From contig CDRNVI010000054.1 in assembly GCA_977017575.1 (NCBI GenBank), positions 186,001 to 250,000 of the forward strand: a stretch of 64,000 nucleotides of DNA, read 5' to 3'. Positions within the stretch are counted from its first letter, which is position 1. Every line of letters starts with the position of its first letter. The notes below the pieces were generated by a model. That model did not search any database and was not told the origin of the DNA. It was given only the letters and a program-made list of their open reading frames with translations. Shown here one piece after another: positions 32,404 to 45,779 of this stretch. This stretch comes from Paramoeba atlantica (taxonomy: Eukaryota; Protista; Discosea). The translations under genes and the position numbers were made by a program.

Positions 32404-33420
32404 CTATTGACGGCTTATAGGATTCTTTCGTAGATACGTAATGTGGTTTCACTGCAATCCTTTGTTTCCGAATTATGTTCAATAATTGTTTAAGTTCTAT
32501 ATTAATACCGTCAGATTGTGTAGCCTTCTTTCGTATCGCAGCCAAACATGAAGTATTATCCACTATAGATCAACACAGGTATCTGTTTTGAAATGATGTA
32601 CTAAGCGTTCGAACGCAAGACGAACGTCCCTCGTCTCTGCTCGATTGACTTCGTACGGGAAATCATCTTCCCAGCGATCGCCTACACACACCACCTGACC
32701 ATAGTCCAAGTATAGTATACCTCCCCATCCAGTAGAAGATGCATCCGTGAAGAGAACATGCGAATGAGGAACCGTATCGGGATGCGGCGGAGGTTTGATC
32801 GGAACATTAGATATCAACCGGTTCTTCCACCGCGTAAGAGTAATAGCCGTATAAGGTGGGAGAGGGACTCGTAAGTTTGCCAAATCTGGGTTGTTATTCA
32901 AAGCATTTACCCTACGTCTTACAACCTTTAAAAGGGAAGTAATAGTCCGGTATTGGTTCCCCTAATACCGCCGAAGCATGTATAAGACGTCCCACGGCGG
33001 ACTCCAACTTGGCATATGTCGTATATCGGAAAGTATCTCGAGCCATTTTTTTGACTATCTTGGGTCCCATTTTTACCTTTCCTTCATGGCAATAGAACAC
33101 CCCATTGATTACATAATTTTTCATCGGCTCCGCGCCCGAATCTTTAAATGTTGCCCCTACTCTCTGAGCTCTATCCTCAATAAAATCAATATATTGAACT
33201 ACTTGTTCCTTCGTCCCAGCATACCGCAATCCATCCACGTACACGTCCGCCTTAAACCTTCCCGCAAAGGCCTCTCTTTCTAGACAGAATTCCGGATCCC
33301 CCGCAATTGTTGCCGTGATGGTATGCATGACCTCCGGCGCGCAACGATGTCCCATAGGCATCACCTTGAGCTCAAACAATTCGCCACACTTTGTTCTAAA
33401 TCGAAACTTTGCCCGAGATG
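32404..33420 (-). pseudogene. TATE-like RT/RNase H fragment
   Basis: VMPMGHRCAPE, DVYVDGLRY, LFTDASSTGWG, DNTSC; similar to 52072-52989. Confidence 0.85.
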
Positions 33421-33521
33421 TGTCCTACACTGGTGTAGAGTGTATATAAGTCCTACACACTGTATACAGTAGTCATAGTGACACCTGTGTCATACTAGTA
33501 GTATATCGACTAGATGTCAAA

Positions 33522-33818
33522 TTAGAGATCTTCGCTCAGCTGTTTTAAAGGATTTCCCTCGCTATTTACGATCTTCAGACCATTGACGACTTCTCCGCTG
33601 AACTTTGGTCGATCTTTTCTTTCTTCATCAAAGCACCCAAGTGCCCCATTCCCACGGGACCGTACTGACTTCTTGAGCATCTCATTCATGCGGTCAACAG
33701 TGTTGGTGTGCACCAAAGATCGTCGATGATTAACTGTCTCACGTCGCAAGTCGTTTCCCAGCGAGCGACTCGCTCGCCAGCAATCAGTGCGCGTTACGGT
33801 TCGGCTTCTAGCAGACAA
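33522..33818 (-). pseudogene. Possible Merlin/IS1595 transposase C-terminal remnant
   Basis: TVNHRRSLVHTNTVDRMNEMLKK resembles the VNH...HTNxIE...LK motif; short and degenerate. Confidence 0.4.
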
Positions 33819-34436
33819 CTTAATTAATTGTGTTGTTGTGCGCAGTTCATAATGATAAACCGAGAAAAAAGTTTGTATTTTTTAATAATCTGACACACTC
33901 TAAAAGAAAACATACTTGTTTTAAACCAATATTTGAAAAAAATAAAAATATTTTTTTTTGGCGCAATAATGCTTCACTTTCACCAGAAGAATTTATAAGG
34001 ATACAATATAATAGACTAAAGTGCCCCAAAGGGCCAAATCTTAAGTTCATATACTTAAGTGCCCCGAAGGGCCAGCCCATAAAAGTAAATGACCCTCGCC
34101 TAAATTTCATCTCGTAAAGTATTAGAAATTCACGGCGAGGGCTCACTGCAACATTATATGAAACGTCAAAGCTATATAAAAAGAATAAGTATTCAATATA
34201 AAAAGATGGAAATATAATTCATATTAATCAGTTTGAAGTTCTAATGCACCTAAATATCTCTAGAATGAAGAAAGAGACCTTGCGCGCTATAAAGTACTGT
34301 AGAATATAAATACATGTAGTACGAAGTGAAGGGGCATAGCCCTCCACACCCCGCAGCCTCCAAACCCGCTCACGCGTATACCGCCCGTTCGCTCGTATCA
34401 AATATTTTGAGAGAACCAAAAGGTGCGGATGACTGG

Positions 34437-35100
34437 TCACACACCTCTGCTTATAGGGTCAGCAGGATTATCCCTAATTGAAACGTATTGCGCTCGGATG
34501 CAGATCCCGCGCTTTTCGGCCCTCTGCAGTACCTTCGTTAACTCCTCAGCGATGCCGGCTGATTTACACATTCTGCGGTTAATAGCAGCCTCACAAGAAG
34601 TGTTGTCAATCCAAAGTTCGACGCAGCTCCCTCGTTCCAGCTTCGCTTGAAATTTTTCTAATGAGAGACGAACCGCCATCGCCTCAGCCTTGTTGACTTC
34701 GCATCGCCAGTTGGGCCCCCAACTACAATGGATACTTCACCGGTATCCAAATACAATATGTCTCCCCAGCCCTTCCCCGACGCATCGGTATAAAGCTTGT
34801 TTTTGTGCGGTGCAAAGTCCGGGTGCGGCAAAGCCTCTCGAGGCCTATTGTATACCAATTCGTTGCTCCATTCGCCCAGCTTTGCCCGAATTTTCATGGG
34901 CAAATCAACTTCCTTGTTTGCGATACCGGGGAATCGATTTAAGAGGTTAATCCGTCTTTGCGTCACCTTAATGGCGAAATGGTACTTCGGGATAACTACT
35001 CCAAGCACCGCAGAGCCGTACATGAGGCGCCATTGAAGCATCAAGGGATTGCAGTACAGGCAGAATACATTTGTATATTGCATCAAAAGAAAATCCTGCA
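34437..35100 (-). pseudogene. TATE-like RT/RNase H fragment
   Basis: LYTDASGKGWG, WIDNTSC, YVSIRDNPADPISR. Confidence 0.8.
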
Positions 35101-35419
35101 GATCCATATAGCAGAATGTGCGAAGAGAAAAAGCATTGATACAATCAATAACCAGGCAGAACGGATATTCGAGCGATTTTGATAAAAAAACGCACAGCAC
35201 AAGCACAGACCTCAAGTAAAACAAAAGAAAGCAACCATAAAGGTACTCACCCTAGTTATTTAGTACCTTGTTATATTCGGTACCGGGCAGTGCCATGTTT
35301 CATAAGCGTCGACGACTCTCCGTGGGGAGGGTTAGAAGACAATTGCATACAATATTTGATTAAAAACAATTTGTCGTAGATATTTCGTTTTCTGCAGTAC
35401 TGTGAATCGGCTTAGTGCA

Positions 35420-37777
35420 TCTTTATTGATGTATTCCACCTACCCAATTCGTCTCGGGAATGTAGTCTCGGAGCTGAGAAACCACCGTGTATGCAGATAA
35501 TTTCTCTATTTCCAATTGGAAAGCCTCTTTCACATTTTCAAACTTGAGGTTTGCCCGCTGTGCTAGTGACTTCAGCAGCATTTTCGTATCATTGTGTAAG
35601 AGGCCGCAATCTGATGCAGCCAGACAACGAAAAAAATCACTTTCAACGCCTTTCTCCGAAACGTACTTCTCCGCGACTCTGTGCTTTCTTCTGAGCTTTG
35701 TCGCCGCCGTTGAGATCTACCGGAGCGTTATTGGGTTTAGGTTGCTCTTCAATAGATCTATTAGCGGTTTCAAAGAAATATTTTTGCTTTAGAGACGAGG
35801 AAATCAGGCCTAAGCCACCAAGTTTCTGTGGAAGTGCCGCGAGTTTAAGGGCCTGTGCGTCTGCGCCACACCATTTTTCCAAGACCTTGTTCACTTGATC
35901 CTCAAACGATTGTGCGAAACGAAATGTAGCTCCTGGGCGATGTACTCTTAAATGATAATCATGTCGAGGAATCGTACAACGGCGTAAGATTGCAAGTGAG
36001 AGATTACTAGGGCCCATAAGCAGCAGCCGGCGGAAAAGACATTTATGTTTCTCCATCTTCTTGATGAGCAGGTTTTCCACCACTTGATCATTTCCAATGT
36101 AGGCTCCTAAAATCTTGATTGCGTCCGTGCAAAAGCTTACGCCCAGCTTTTCTAAGGGAAGTGGCTGGTCAGCGTTGGGAACATCCTTCTGGAACCACTC
36201 GCACTTCGAGAAGTTGATGTGCAGGTTGAATTCTTCAGTAACCTCTCGCAAGTACAGAAATGCTGCTTCCAGTGATTGTGCATTCTTGGGACTCAGAGTC
36301 ACGTCATCCTGGTACGCTCTAATTTTAACTTCGGGGTAGAGGGTCGAGACTTCTTTGAGCGGGCCCTGTAGAAGAGCACAAAAGTACATGGAGGAAAGTG
36401 CAGAACCTTGACGAATTCCAGATGAGCTTTTAATGGTAGCATGTAGCGCATTGTTGGCGAAGAACAGCAATTCAGAGGGCATCCCATATTCCAAGTAGAA
36501 TAGGCGCATAAAGGGCTTGAAAATGGGATCTCTTAGGAGTGCTTGAGCGATAGGGTTGCGCTGTGGGGTGTTGTACGCGTTCCGAAAGTCTACCGTAAGC
36601 AATGCATGTCCCTCCTCATATTCATTCAAAAGTTCGTGGACTATGGATTCGCAGGCGCTTTTTTTGCAGGATGCCTCGTTGAATTGGAGAAAAGAACTTT
36701 TTCAAAGCGCATTCGTGTCTTTGGAGTACGATGGAACCGCAGATCTTCAGAATAGTGTCTCCCATCGCAATCGGTCGTATCCCATTCTGGGGCTTTGCCA
36801 GCGCAATTATCCTACAACGAGTGAGTCGCTTACGCACGCTTAGGGGAATATCGCCATTGAGGACATCTCGAATCATATGGCAGAGTGAAAGGCATGATTC
36901 TTCGTCATCCACTATTAGTCGCAACATGCTTTCACTAAGTCCCGTTGGTCCCGGTGAGGCTCCTCTGGATAGTTTTTCAGTTGCTTGGCGAATCTCTGAC
37001 TTCTCGACAATTCCAATACGTGGAAAATCTGCTTCAGGGATTTGTATGGCATTGCCTTCAGGATGCAACTCGCGTAGTTTCTTGACTTTTTCATCAGGGG
37101 TCCTTGTACAAGTTGTCGAGAATTCGTGTAGCTTTCCCTAAATTACTTGCTCGCGCTGTCTGCAAAGCGTTCCGGATTGAGCGTCGATCAATCTCTAGTT
37201 CTGCCCGTTGCTCTGCGCTGAGATTGCAAACTTCGGAGAGCTCGTTGCTCTTACGCACATGTCCTGCTCGTTGCTTTCTTCGGGATATTTCACGGACGGT
37301 GGCAAGTGAGTCTAGTGGAGCATTTAGAAATTTGTGCCATATTGCTGCTTTTTCGGAATCGAGCTCAGCATTCGCATATCCGCGTATGATTGCGCGAAAA
37401 ATTGCTACTACGTGGACTGCGAATGAGGGGTCTATTTGGGACATGTGCGGAAGGGGATTCAGATCACTTTCTTCATCATCACATGAAATGATCTCCGCAT
37501 GATCGTCTAAACTTGGTGTAGCCGTCTCGATTTTAATCAACTTCGTAGCGTGGAGACTGCATATGCGAATCCTGTTCGATTGTGGAAGATGAAGGAAACC
37601 ACGTGGCCCGTCATGTCCAGGAGCTGGCTCGTAAGAAATTTTTATTTTGATATTTGATTTGCGCGCAATTCTACCAACGACAGTGCCCTTTGATGTGTAG
37701 TTTGCTTCACGCTGTCGAAAACCCCACTCAATCACACACTCCGTACCTTTGCCCCACTTCGAGACGGTGTTGTACAC
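35420..37777 (-). mobile_element. SLACS/CZAR-like CRE-clade RT element, frameshifted, internally deleted at the 3' end
   Basis: ASPGPTG, IRPIAMGD, VDFRNAYNT, GIRQGSALS, AYQDD, LPQKLGGLGL across ORFs 37094-37777, 36622-37068 and 35643-36629. Confidence 0.85.
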
Positions 37778-38109
37778 TTGGTCTGGTGATTTTTTTTTTG
37801 CTTATTTGCGTCTATAGAAAATCCTTTTATAGATAAAATATCTTTTTTTTCTTAGTTTTTCCTCCTTCTAAAAGCAATCAGCCCACCCCAAACTAGCAAA
37901 CAATTTCCCTCCACGAAGCCGCCTCCCTGAAGGGAAATGCAGTGAAAAAGTGACACCCGGAAGGTAAAAACACCCGGGGGGTTTTCCTACCCCCACACTG
38001 TGCCCTACCCCCCATAATTAAATCCCAGCTCGTACCGGTTGAGCTCGCGAGTAGAAAACCCATTTCGCATGAACATTACTCTTCGATTCCGTATCCATTA
38101 ATAATCGCG

Positions 38110-38460
38110 CCAGACCTTCGAAACTTCCTGAAACTAAATGAAACCAATAGAAAAACGTTTTTTTTGGTGAGCCCAAAACTAGCAATTGTATGTAAATTAT
38201 GCCGCTGAAAAACAATGAAAATTAAAACAGAGAAAAAGAATTATTCAATGCTACTGTGGATGCTGTAATGAGGAAAACTTTGCAATACGGTCCGATAGGA
38301 GTAAAGTTTCAATGGCGAATATCGAGAGGAAAAAATCACTTAGGTGAAACAGTTGGCGACACAGATACCCTCGGACGACCTGGTCCTATGGTCTGACAAA
38401 GAGGAAGAACTACAAAAAACGGTCAATACAGCAATCATAGTAACGAAGAGATGGGGTATA
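38110..38460 (+). repeat. Defective RTE RT fragment, near-identical to 49251-49600
   Basis: About 350 bp duplicate read directly (CCAGACCTTCGAAACTTCC...GAAGAGATGGGGTATA). Confidence 0.9.
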
Positions 38461-38590
38461 CAGTGTGCAAAAATGTTCGGCGAGGGTATTATGTCTGGTG
38501 ATTACCCCGTGGCCACACTTGCAGGCTAAAGCGTGGTCGCCTTCGGGGCCGAGCGGTAGGCGACAGTTTGGGACCGGACAATTACGGCCT

Positions 38591-39720
38591 TCAGGATAGA
38601 TGTTTTCCCCGAGCCACCACCGAATCAGAGTCCGGAACTCCGTGGCGGTGTACGCGTGACCGCAGAGAGCTGAGGGGATCGTGAAAGCCCAGTTTGAGGC
38701 CCCTTCCCCCGATTGGGAGATCCACCTGGCGCCACCTGCGGGGATCCGCAGAAGCGTAGGAGTTATCGAATTCTCTGGCGGAGTTTGCGTGACTTAAGTC
38801 GCGTTGTCGGAAAACGGCCAACTCTTGCGATAAGTCCATATACACAGAGGGCGCAAAAGGGCACGACTTTACGATTGATTCTTTGGGGATTTTTCCCGTA
38901 GATGTGTCCACCAGGTAACCCCCTACGCGACGGTTGATGTCTTCCGCAGCGGAAGAGAAGCCCTCAGCCTCAGTCGCATCCCATCGGTCCTTATTCGACG
39001 CGAATGCCACTGAAGCCACATATGCAGAGGTGGCGTGCATCTCCGCAGAGCGAAGGCCGAGACCGCCGAACCGTTTATCCGTTTGCGCTTGCCATCGTGC
39101 CATATCACTTTGTGGGCAAAAGAAGTTTTCCAATGCACGCTGAACGGCGTTGTCGAGTCTTCGGCATAGATCCATGAGTTCTTCCGTTGGTGTCGTGCGC
39201 AGGGAGTACACCATCTGGCAGAACCCTGTGCACTGCCTGATGAAAGACAGGGCGACCTGGGGGTCCTCCAGTTTCTCGATCGCTTCGAGGGACTCCTGTG
39301 CCTGCGAGATCGCGCCGTCGATGAAGAACTGGCGACGGTATGCGTTCGATCCGATCGGGCTTCCCAGGATGCTCAGATTGCCCTCTGTGTTGATGTTCAG
39401 TCCTGGAATGTCAGGAAAGTGGGAGACTTGCTGGGATGAGGACGGGTGAGTGATTATTTCGCACTTTGAGGGATTGAGATTGAGTCCCCATTTCGGACCT
39501 CCGATTTCGATGATGTCTATAGCATGGCGCACGTCAGAGGCCTTGCCTGCCAGGACACCATCATCAAGATACCAAAAATTAAGCTGAAGGTCGGGTGCCC
39601 CTGCCATTATTTCCGTAGCCATTTCTCGCCTAACAAGCGAGAACAAAAGGGGTCCGAGCGGGTCTCCCTGTTGGACCCCTTCAGAGGATAGGACGAAGCG
39701 TGGACCGAAAGTTAGGTGAC
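38591..39720 (-). pseudogene. CRE-clade RT fragment
   Basis: SEGVQQGDPLGPLLFSL, FWYLDDG, FGGLGLRSA. Confidence 0.88.
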
Positions 39721-39848
39721 TGGAAAGTTAGGAGACCTCGCGGAAACATGGAAGGCGCACGCGCTTGAGACAGCTGATCTTGCGGAAAATGCAGGTGTTG
39801 ATATTCTCGAAATCCAAGAATGCAGACTGCCAGGAGTAAATAAAATAC

Positions 39849-41110
39849 CGGGTACGTCCCGGGTTCGTTGAGTACTCAGTGAAGTGTACAACAGGTCGTT
39901 GAGTACTCAACGAAGTGTTCTACACTTCACTGAGTACTCAACGAGTATTTTTGTGCGTAATCGTGAGTATTCTTTTTACTTTTGGTAGGCCCAGGAAGTG
40001 CACATTTATATTAAATTTCAGAAGAAAATACTAGAAAACAAGAATAGCAAATATATTCAAGTTTAGCGTGTTTTCTTATCAACTATTCGCAAAAAAAATT
40101 AACGGTTCATGGCGCGCGACAACCCCAATCGAAATGAGGACGCGGAAGATTTGGTTCGCCGTTTTCTTTCTTATATTGATCGCCAGAATCGCAACAGTGA
40201 GCGCTTGAGTGGAAACAGTGAGCGCTTTAATCAGGGCGATGGTGATGTGCCTTGGGAAGATCAACGAGTTGAAATTCCAGCTACGCAAGTTGCTCGTCGC
40301 ACTTGTAGTGGATGTGTTGGGTTTGCGTGCGTGCGTTCGTGGAAAAACTTGCGCCACATTCCTCAAGACGAGTCCGCCATCGAATGGATGTTAAACCATC
40401 ATTTGCTTCGACACCCTCGTTGCGAAAAACATGGCTCTGACTACATGAGGGAAGTACGCGGAAGACCACACGTAGAAATACGTACGTATCGTGCTGACGA
40501 TGCTCGCAACCCATCGTGCGCGAGCGTTTAGATTCTCCCCTTTTTTGAACAGTCGCTCTGGGGTGGATATAGACACTCTTCTAATATTGGGGGACATCGC
40601 GAACAACCTCGCGACAGGGCAAATCAGTCGTAACCGTGGAGTGCGGCAATGCACTGTTACAAAGTTCCTTCACATGGTAACGCAGCGTTCCACCAACAAG
40701 AAAACACGGATTTTAACTTTTCCAAACTGCAAGTGGATGAAACATTCATAGGAAAACGGAAATATAACCGTGGGAAAAGGGTCCGAAAAATAGGATGGTG
40801 GTTCGTCACGGTGACAGAAATCGATGATCGGAAAATGGGCCGAACTCACTGGAAACTGGTAAAGCGCCGTGAAGTGGCTACGGCAAAGCAGCGCCGAAAA
40901 GCGTGGCAGACTCGGTTCATTAACATTCTCGAATGCATCTGCACTCATTACGGGTACGAAGCAAATGACGAGCAGTTGGATGTAAGCTACAGCCACTGCT
41001 CGTTCTACTTGAGCGAAGACGCATCAATTTCCAGCGAAGTCATACTAGGGAGTGATGAATCGGAATAAAAAGCAGTCGGGTACGTCCCGGGTTCGTTGAG
41101 TACTCAACGA
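39849..41110 (+). mobile_element. Defective Merlin (IS1595-like) transposon bounded by palindromic 30 bp direct repeats
   Basis: LQVDETFIGKRKYNRGKRV motif (40649-41068); repeats at 39849-39878 and 41077-41106. Confidence 0.75.
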
Positions 41111-41225
41111 GCGTTTTATTGAATGCATAATCCTGCGGAAGTGGCAAACATAGGTTCTCAGTGTGCGACCCGCGCGCTGGAGCACGCGGGTCGCCAAAGA
41201 ATATTATTATGTCCCAGGGCTACGG

Positions 41226-44200
41226 TCACAGTTGGGCCTTGCTCGCAAAAGGGGGCTTTTGCCTCCAGAAGTGGGCTTCGCTCACAGTTGCGAGTTCATG
41301 AATACCACCATACCGCCAAGTATCGTAGCGGTTTCTGCTCCAGGCATCCGCTTGATTATCTTTGGTTGTCACGTACTCAGGAAATATCGTAATGTGGTGC
41401 GCATTTAGGTATGAGAGCACTCGTCCCAAAACTTCAGATATGTTATACGACTCTGCCCACCTTTTGCGCAAGGCAGACTCTACGCTTGTGTTGTCGACAA
41501 ACATGCGTAAGAATTTTAAACATCCATCATACTCCACAAATTCTCAATCAAATTGAGATCAGGAGATTTCGAAGGCCAGTCAATAATTTTAATTCCTTCC
41601 AGCTTACCTATTCTCCGGGCTGCCCCGTGCCCTGGCGCATTGTCAAGGACAACAGCAGCCCCCGGCCGCCGATGCATCCAGTTAAAAAACCCATTTCGCT
41701 TCTTCATTGTTCTCAGAAAAACTTCGTTTGTTACGGTTTCATTCTGGGAAAACTCGTGGAAACACGCATCGGGTACTTCCCAACGCAGACTGGTTGCCAT
41801 GAATACATGCACTCCCTTCCCCCCGTACCACCTATCCATTTCTACTGGTGTTTCCTTGGGGGGGTCAGTGATTTTTGCAAGATATGTGATTTTTTTCCCA
41901 TGTGAACCACATCGGAAAATCTTCTCGTCACACCATACCACACGGGACAGCTGATCTGGACTCCATCCATCGAAGTAATCAGCAAGTTGTAATCGGGCAG
42001 CCTTGTGCTCAGCAGTTAAGAAAGGTTTGTGTGACATAGTCTTAATGACGTATCCCATCCTTTTCAAACTCCGTTTTACGGTGTTCAGACTACAAGGATA
42101 AAGTGTCTTGTCCACTCTCTTGTGTACCCATTTAAACCCCGGACACCCGAATGGCGTGTCTTTCTCATCATCAAGGGTACAGAGCATAGCACGGAATTCC
42201 TCCGTATCAACGGCATTATCGCGCGAGTAGCTCGCACGTGCCACGTCACCTGACTCATCAAAACGTGCCTTGTACCGATAGACAGAGCTCTCAGAACAGT
42301 TCATCATTCGTGCCGTGTCTTCAATACTTGTACCACGATGTCTTTCGTGTGCGCAAACAATGCGTATGGAATACGAAGACTGCTCTGGGGACAATTGGCA
42401 ACGGTTTAATCTATGCCGCTTGCCCATAGTGAAGAAAAAAGAAGAGAAAACCAACTTTTTTACTATTTTTTATGCTTTTTGCAAAATAAATCGTCTTAAA
42501 TTTCAGTATTTTCGAAATGCAAAATATCAGGTTTATACAAACGAGTTCTAAATAGCGTAGACACGATATTCAGAACGAGATCTCTCGTTTGCAACAAAAA
42601 TTAGCTCAAACGGCCTCACGAGGCTAAAATGCGAAGCTAGTCAGTTTTCGTGGCCCCCCCTGTATAGCGCGTTTTCAATTGCTAAGGCTTCGGCATGATT
42701 AATTTCCATTTTGGTTTGCCACGCTGCTCCGGTGCCAAAAACGGATCCATCCGGGCAAAATAATACGGCGCCCCAACCGTCAAGAGAGGCGTCTGTGTAA
42801 AGGGTCGCAAATCGCTCTGCTTGTGGTTCCATATAGCGCTGAGGATTGTTCTTTCTTATCTCCCTTGTCCATCTATTCAGTTGCGCGAAAACTACGTAGG
42901 AGAGCCTTACCGTGTCCGATTCGTGCATGATCCCTTTGTTCAATTTTGAAATTTGACGCCTAATAAATTTAATCGCCCAGTAATATTTGGGCATTACGAT
43001 TCCGAGCACTGCAGACGCATACACTAGCCTGGCGCATAAGGATTCAAATTCGTGTAATGGTGCGTGTGAAGCGACAGTTAAGGGTATTTTATGAAGGAAA
43101 CGCTGACTCAGTTTATACTCCTTTGCATTATGGTCGTAATCAACCCCAAGAAAGTTGTAGTTTGTGCCTTTTGAAGATTCTTCAGTTTTAAAGGTAATGT
43201 CTAATTTTTTGGCTCGATCGTCGACAAAAAGTTCGTAGGCCGAGACTTCATCTTCAGTTCCACAGTAACGTATGCCATCGAGGTAAATGTCCAGTTTAGA
43301 GGTATCAAAACCGTGTAAATCCATACTATCTTTACTGTATTCCACATGTCCCGCTAATGTTGACGTTATAATTTGTTGTATTTTGGGCGCACAGCAATGC
43401 CCCATTGGCATACGAGTCATTTCATAAGTAGCTGGTCCGCAGCGAAAACGATAATAACAACGCGCCTCACGGGTAACTCAACTTGAAAAAATCCAGCCTT
43501 CAAATCACGTTTCATAGCAGTTCCATGAATTATCTTGTTTACGTATGAAGCCGGCTGACCTATGGGTACATGGGCAATGTATTTGTTGTTGAGCGCTTGA
43601 TTCTGATGTTTTGGCCAACAGATAAAACGGCGACGAGGACCTTCTTCCCGTTCTTCATAAGTTGTGAATGGTATCACACAAGCACGCGTTGGACGGCGCT
43701 CGAATTCTTCGTAGGCTACTCGGTGAATAATTTCCGATTTAAGCAGATGGCTGATATCTTTTTCTGAAATAGTAGTTTTGCTAATTGGGGTTAGTTCATA
43801 CGCACGCTTGCGCATTGGGGACGTTAATAACGCCCACACTTCATCGAAACGATTTTTGGTTTCCGTTGTCATCCATTTTCGAATTTTTTCTAAATCAATA
43901 GAACGTATCGCTGGGGCATGTAAGGGCAAGCTCATTTGTTCATGAGTTGGCGGCTGAAGCGGGCGATGTGGACGAGACCACACGCGACGATTCGAAAATT
44001 TTGTGTCTCCATCTAACGTATCCCATGTCATACCCAAGTCAATGCTTGGTTTCAAAGAAGTCTCGTTGCTCTTTGGGTCCCCAATGCTCTGGCAGTGTTC
44101 TCGTTCACCCCAGAATACCGTAGGAGCGAAGGAAGCTGCCGATGATTTGCGAGTCGCATGACTTCCTCCAAAGAAATCTGGTCGGACGCCACACGCTCCA

Positions 44201-45707
44201 TCAAATGGTGTACGGCACCCCGTTTGAGAGAATGGGAGGTGTATCCCTTGCCCAAATGGCGCTGAAGGAAACGGGTAATGTGGAGTGACGTAAGGGTTGT
44301 GATATGGGAATGTGGGTTGAGCTTCTGTAGATAATGGTATAAACGGTTCGTGTACGCCCCCTCTATAACAACCATAGTGTCTGGGCGGAAAGGCTGCGAT
44401 TTCGTTGTCTTTGTCTTGTGGCCCCAGTACAGGATTATACAATGTGGACAAACAATTTTGAAGTCTTTGCGCGTAAGGAGCGAAACTTCCCCCGCACGCG
44501 ATGCCGTCTTGAAAGCGATAAGTACCGTTGCCGCCATTTCTTGCCTCATATATGGGACTATATGGTCGAGCTGTTCCTTTGTGATTGGCTTCGCTTGGTG
44601 CATGAGCAGTTGTGCTCCGCGACGAATCAAGGTCTTCAGTAGCAACCGGGAATGGTGCGCTGGTTTTCCGGTGTAGCCTATCATTGATATCAGATGCTTC
44701 AGATAAGTTGCTTTTGTTTGTATTGATAGTCTTGCTTTCGTGATGAATTTTATGATGTCGTCGTCTTCTAGCTTGAGGCGTTGAGTGTTCATAATACGCA
44801 ACAATCTTGCTCGCGTCATCCAAGTTGTTCTGGACCACAGTCCTTCCAAGACTTGTTGGGATGACCTCTTTTCTATCCCCATGACTTTCATCACCTGAAG
44901 AACGTCGTCGCGGTAAGATCGCGGTAGGAACATTTTTCTCATGTTTGATGAATTTGCTTGCATAATTCTATTTTATTGCCGTATTATTGGGGATGCTTTC
45001 TTCATAGGATTTTCCACTATTCGATTCATGCGAACTTTGCTTTTCTGATTTACAGGAGTTACCGAAAGGGTGCCGCTCTTTGGTAACCTTAGTGACTGAC
45101 TCTTCTGGTTTAAAATGAACTTGCTTAATTGTTTTTGTTTTGCTATTAACTTGCTCGACGGCTTTCGGCTTAAATTGAACTTGCTCGATAATGATAGTTC
45201 TAAACATTTTTTTGTATTTTTCGGATTTTGAATTATTATAGTACTGACTTTTGATATATTTACTGACTGGCTTTTTCCACGGGGGCGGACTGCGGAGAGT
45301 CAACTTCTCGGGCCAGTTCCCCGCCCTTGAAAACCCCCTCTAGAAATTTTTTTTCCTGCTGCACTGGGGAGAACATATCCACCTCAAAAAGGCGCTCGGT
45401 AAAACGTGGGATATCGGCCTCTATTTCGCATTCGACCCCGTGCTCCGTACGAAATACTCTGACGAATAGTATTACCTAGCGTATCATCACTGCGTTGATT
45501 TTCGTATCGGGTACTCACATAGGCAGAATCTGCCCCACGCCGAACCCCTTGCATAATTCGAAGTTTGTCGAGCGACTTTTGGCCAATGCTAACTTGGTGC
45601 AAATCTTCCGTTTCTATCCCTCCACGACGCGCTGCATCACGCATCCATTCTTTTAGCAAACTCCAGAGGAACGCGGCTTCTTCTGACATTACTGCCGGTA
45701 GCTCCAA
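41226..45707 (-). mobile_element. TATE-like YR retroelement (copy 1), RNase H interrupted by a Tc1 element
   Basis: YR 44052-44963 (SRAGE, HSLKRG, LLRY); overlapping ORF 43417-44838 (LPLHAPAI...RRRFICW); RT/RH 42641-43420 (IYLDG, YTDAS); RH tail 41226-41515 (VDNTS, NQADAWSR). Confidence 0.88.
41516..42662 (-). mobile_element. Tc1/mariner transposase (DD32E spacing); left TIR present, right end deleted
   Basis: WCDEK, LDNAPGH, WPSKSPDLNLIENLW; terminus TA|CAGGGGGGGCCACG at 42662 inside the TATE RNase H. Confidence 0.88.
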
Positions 45708-45779
45708 ATCTATCCGGATACGATGTTCAAGAAGGTCAGTACTGTGTTGATCACCCGAACGAAGATATCATACTCACCC

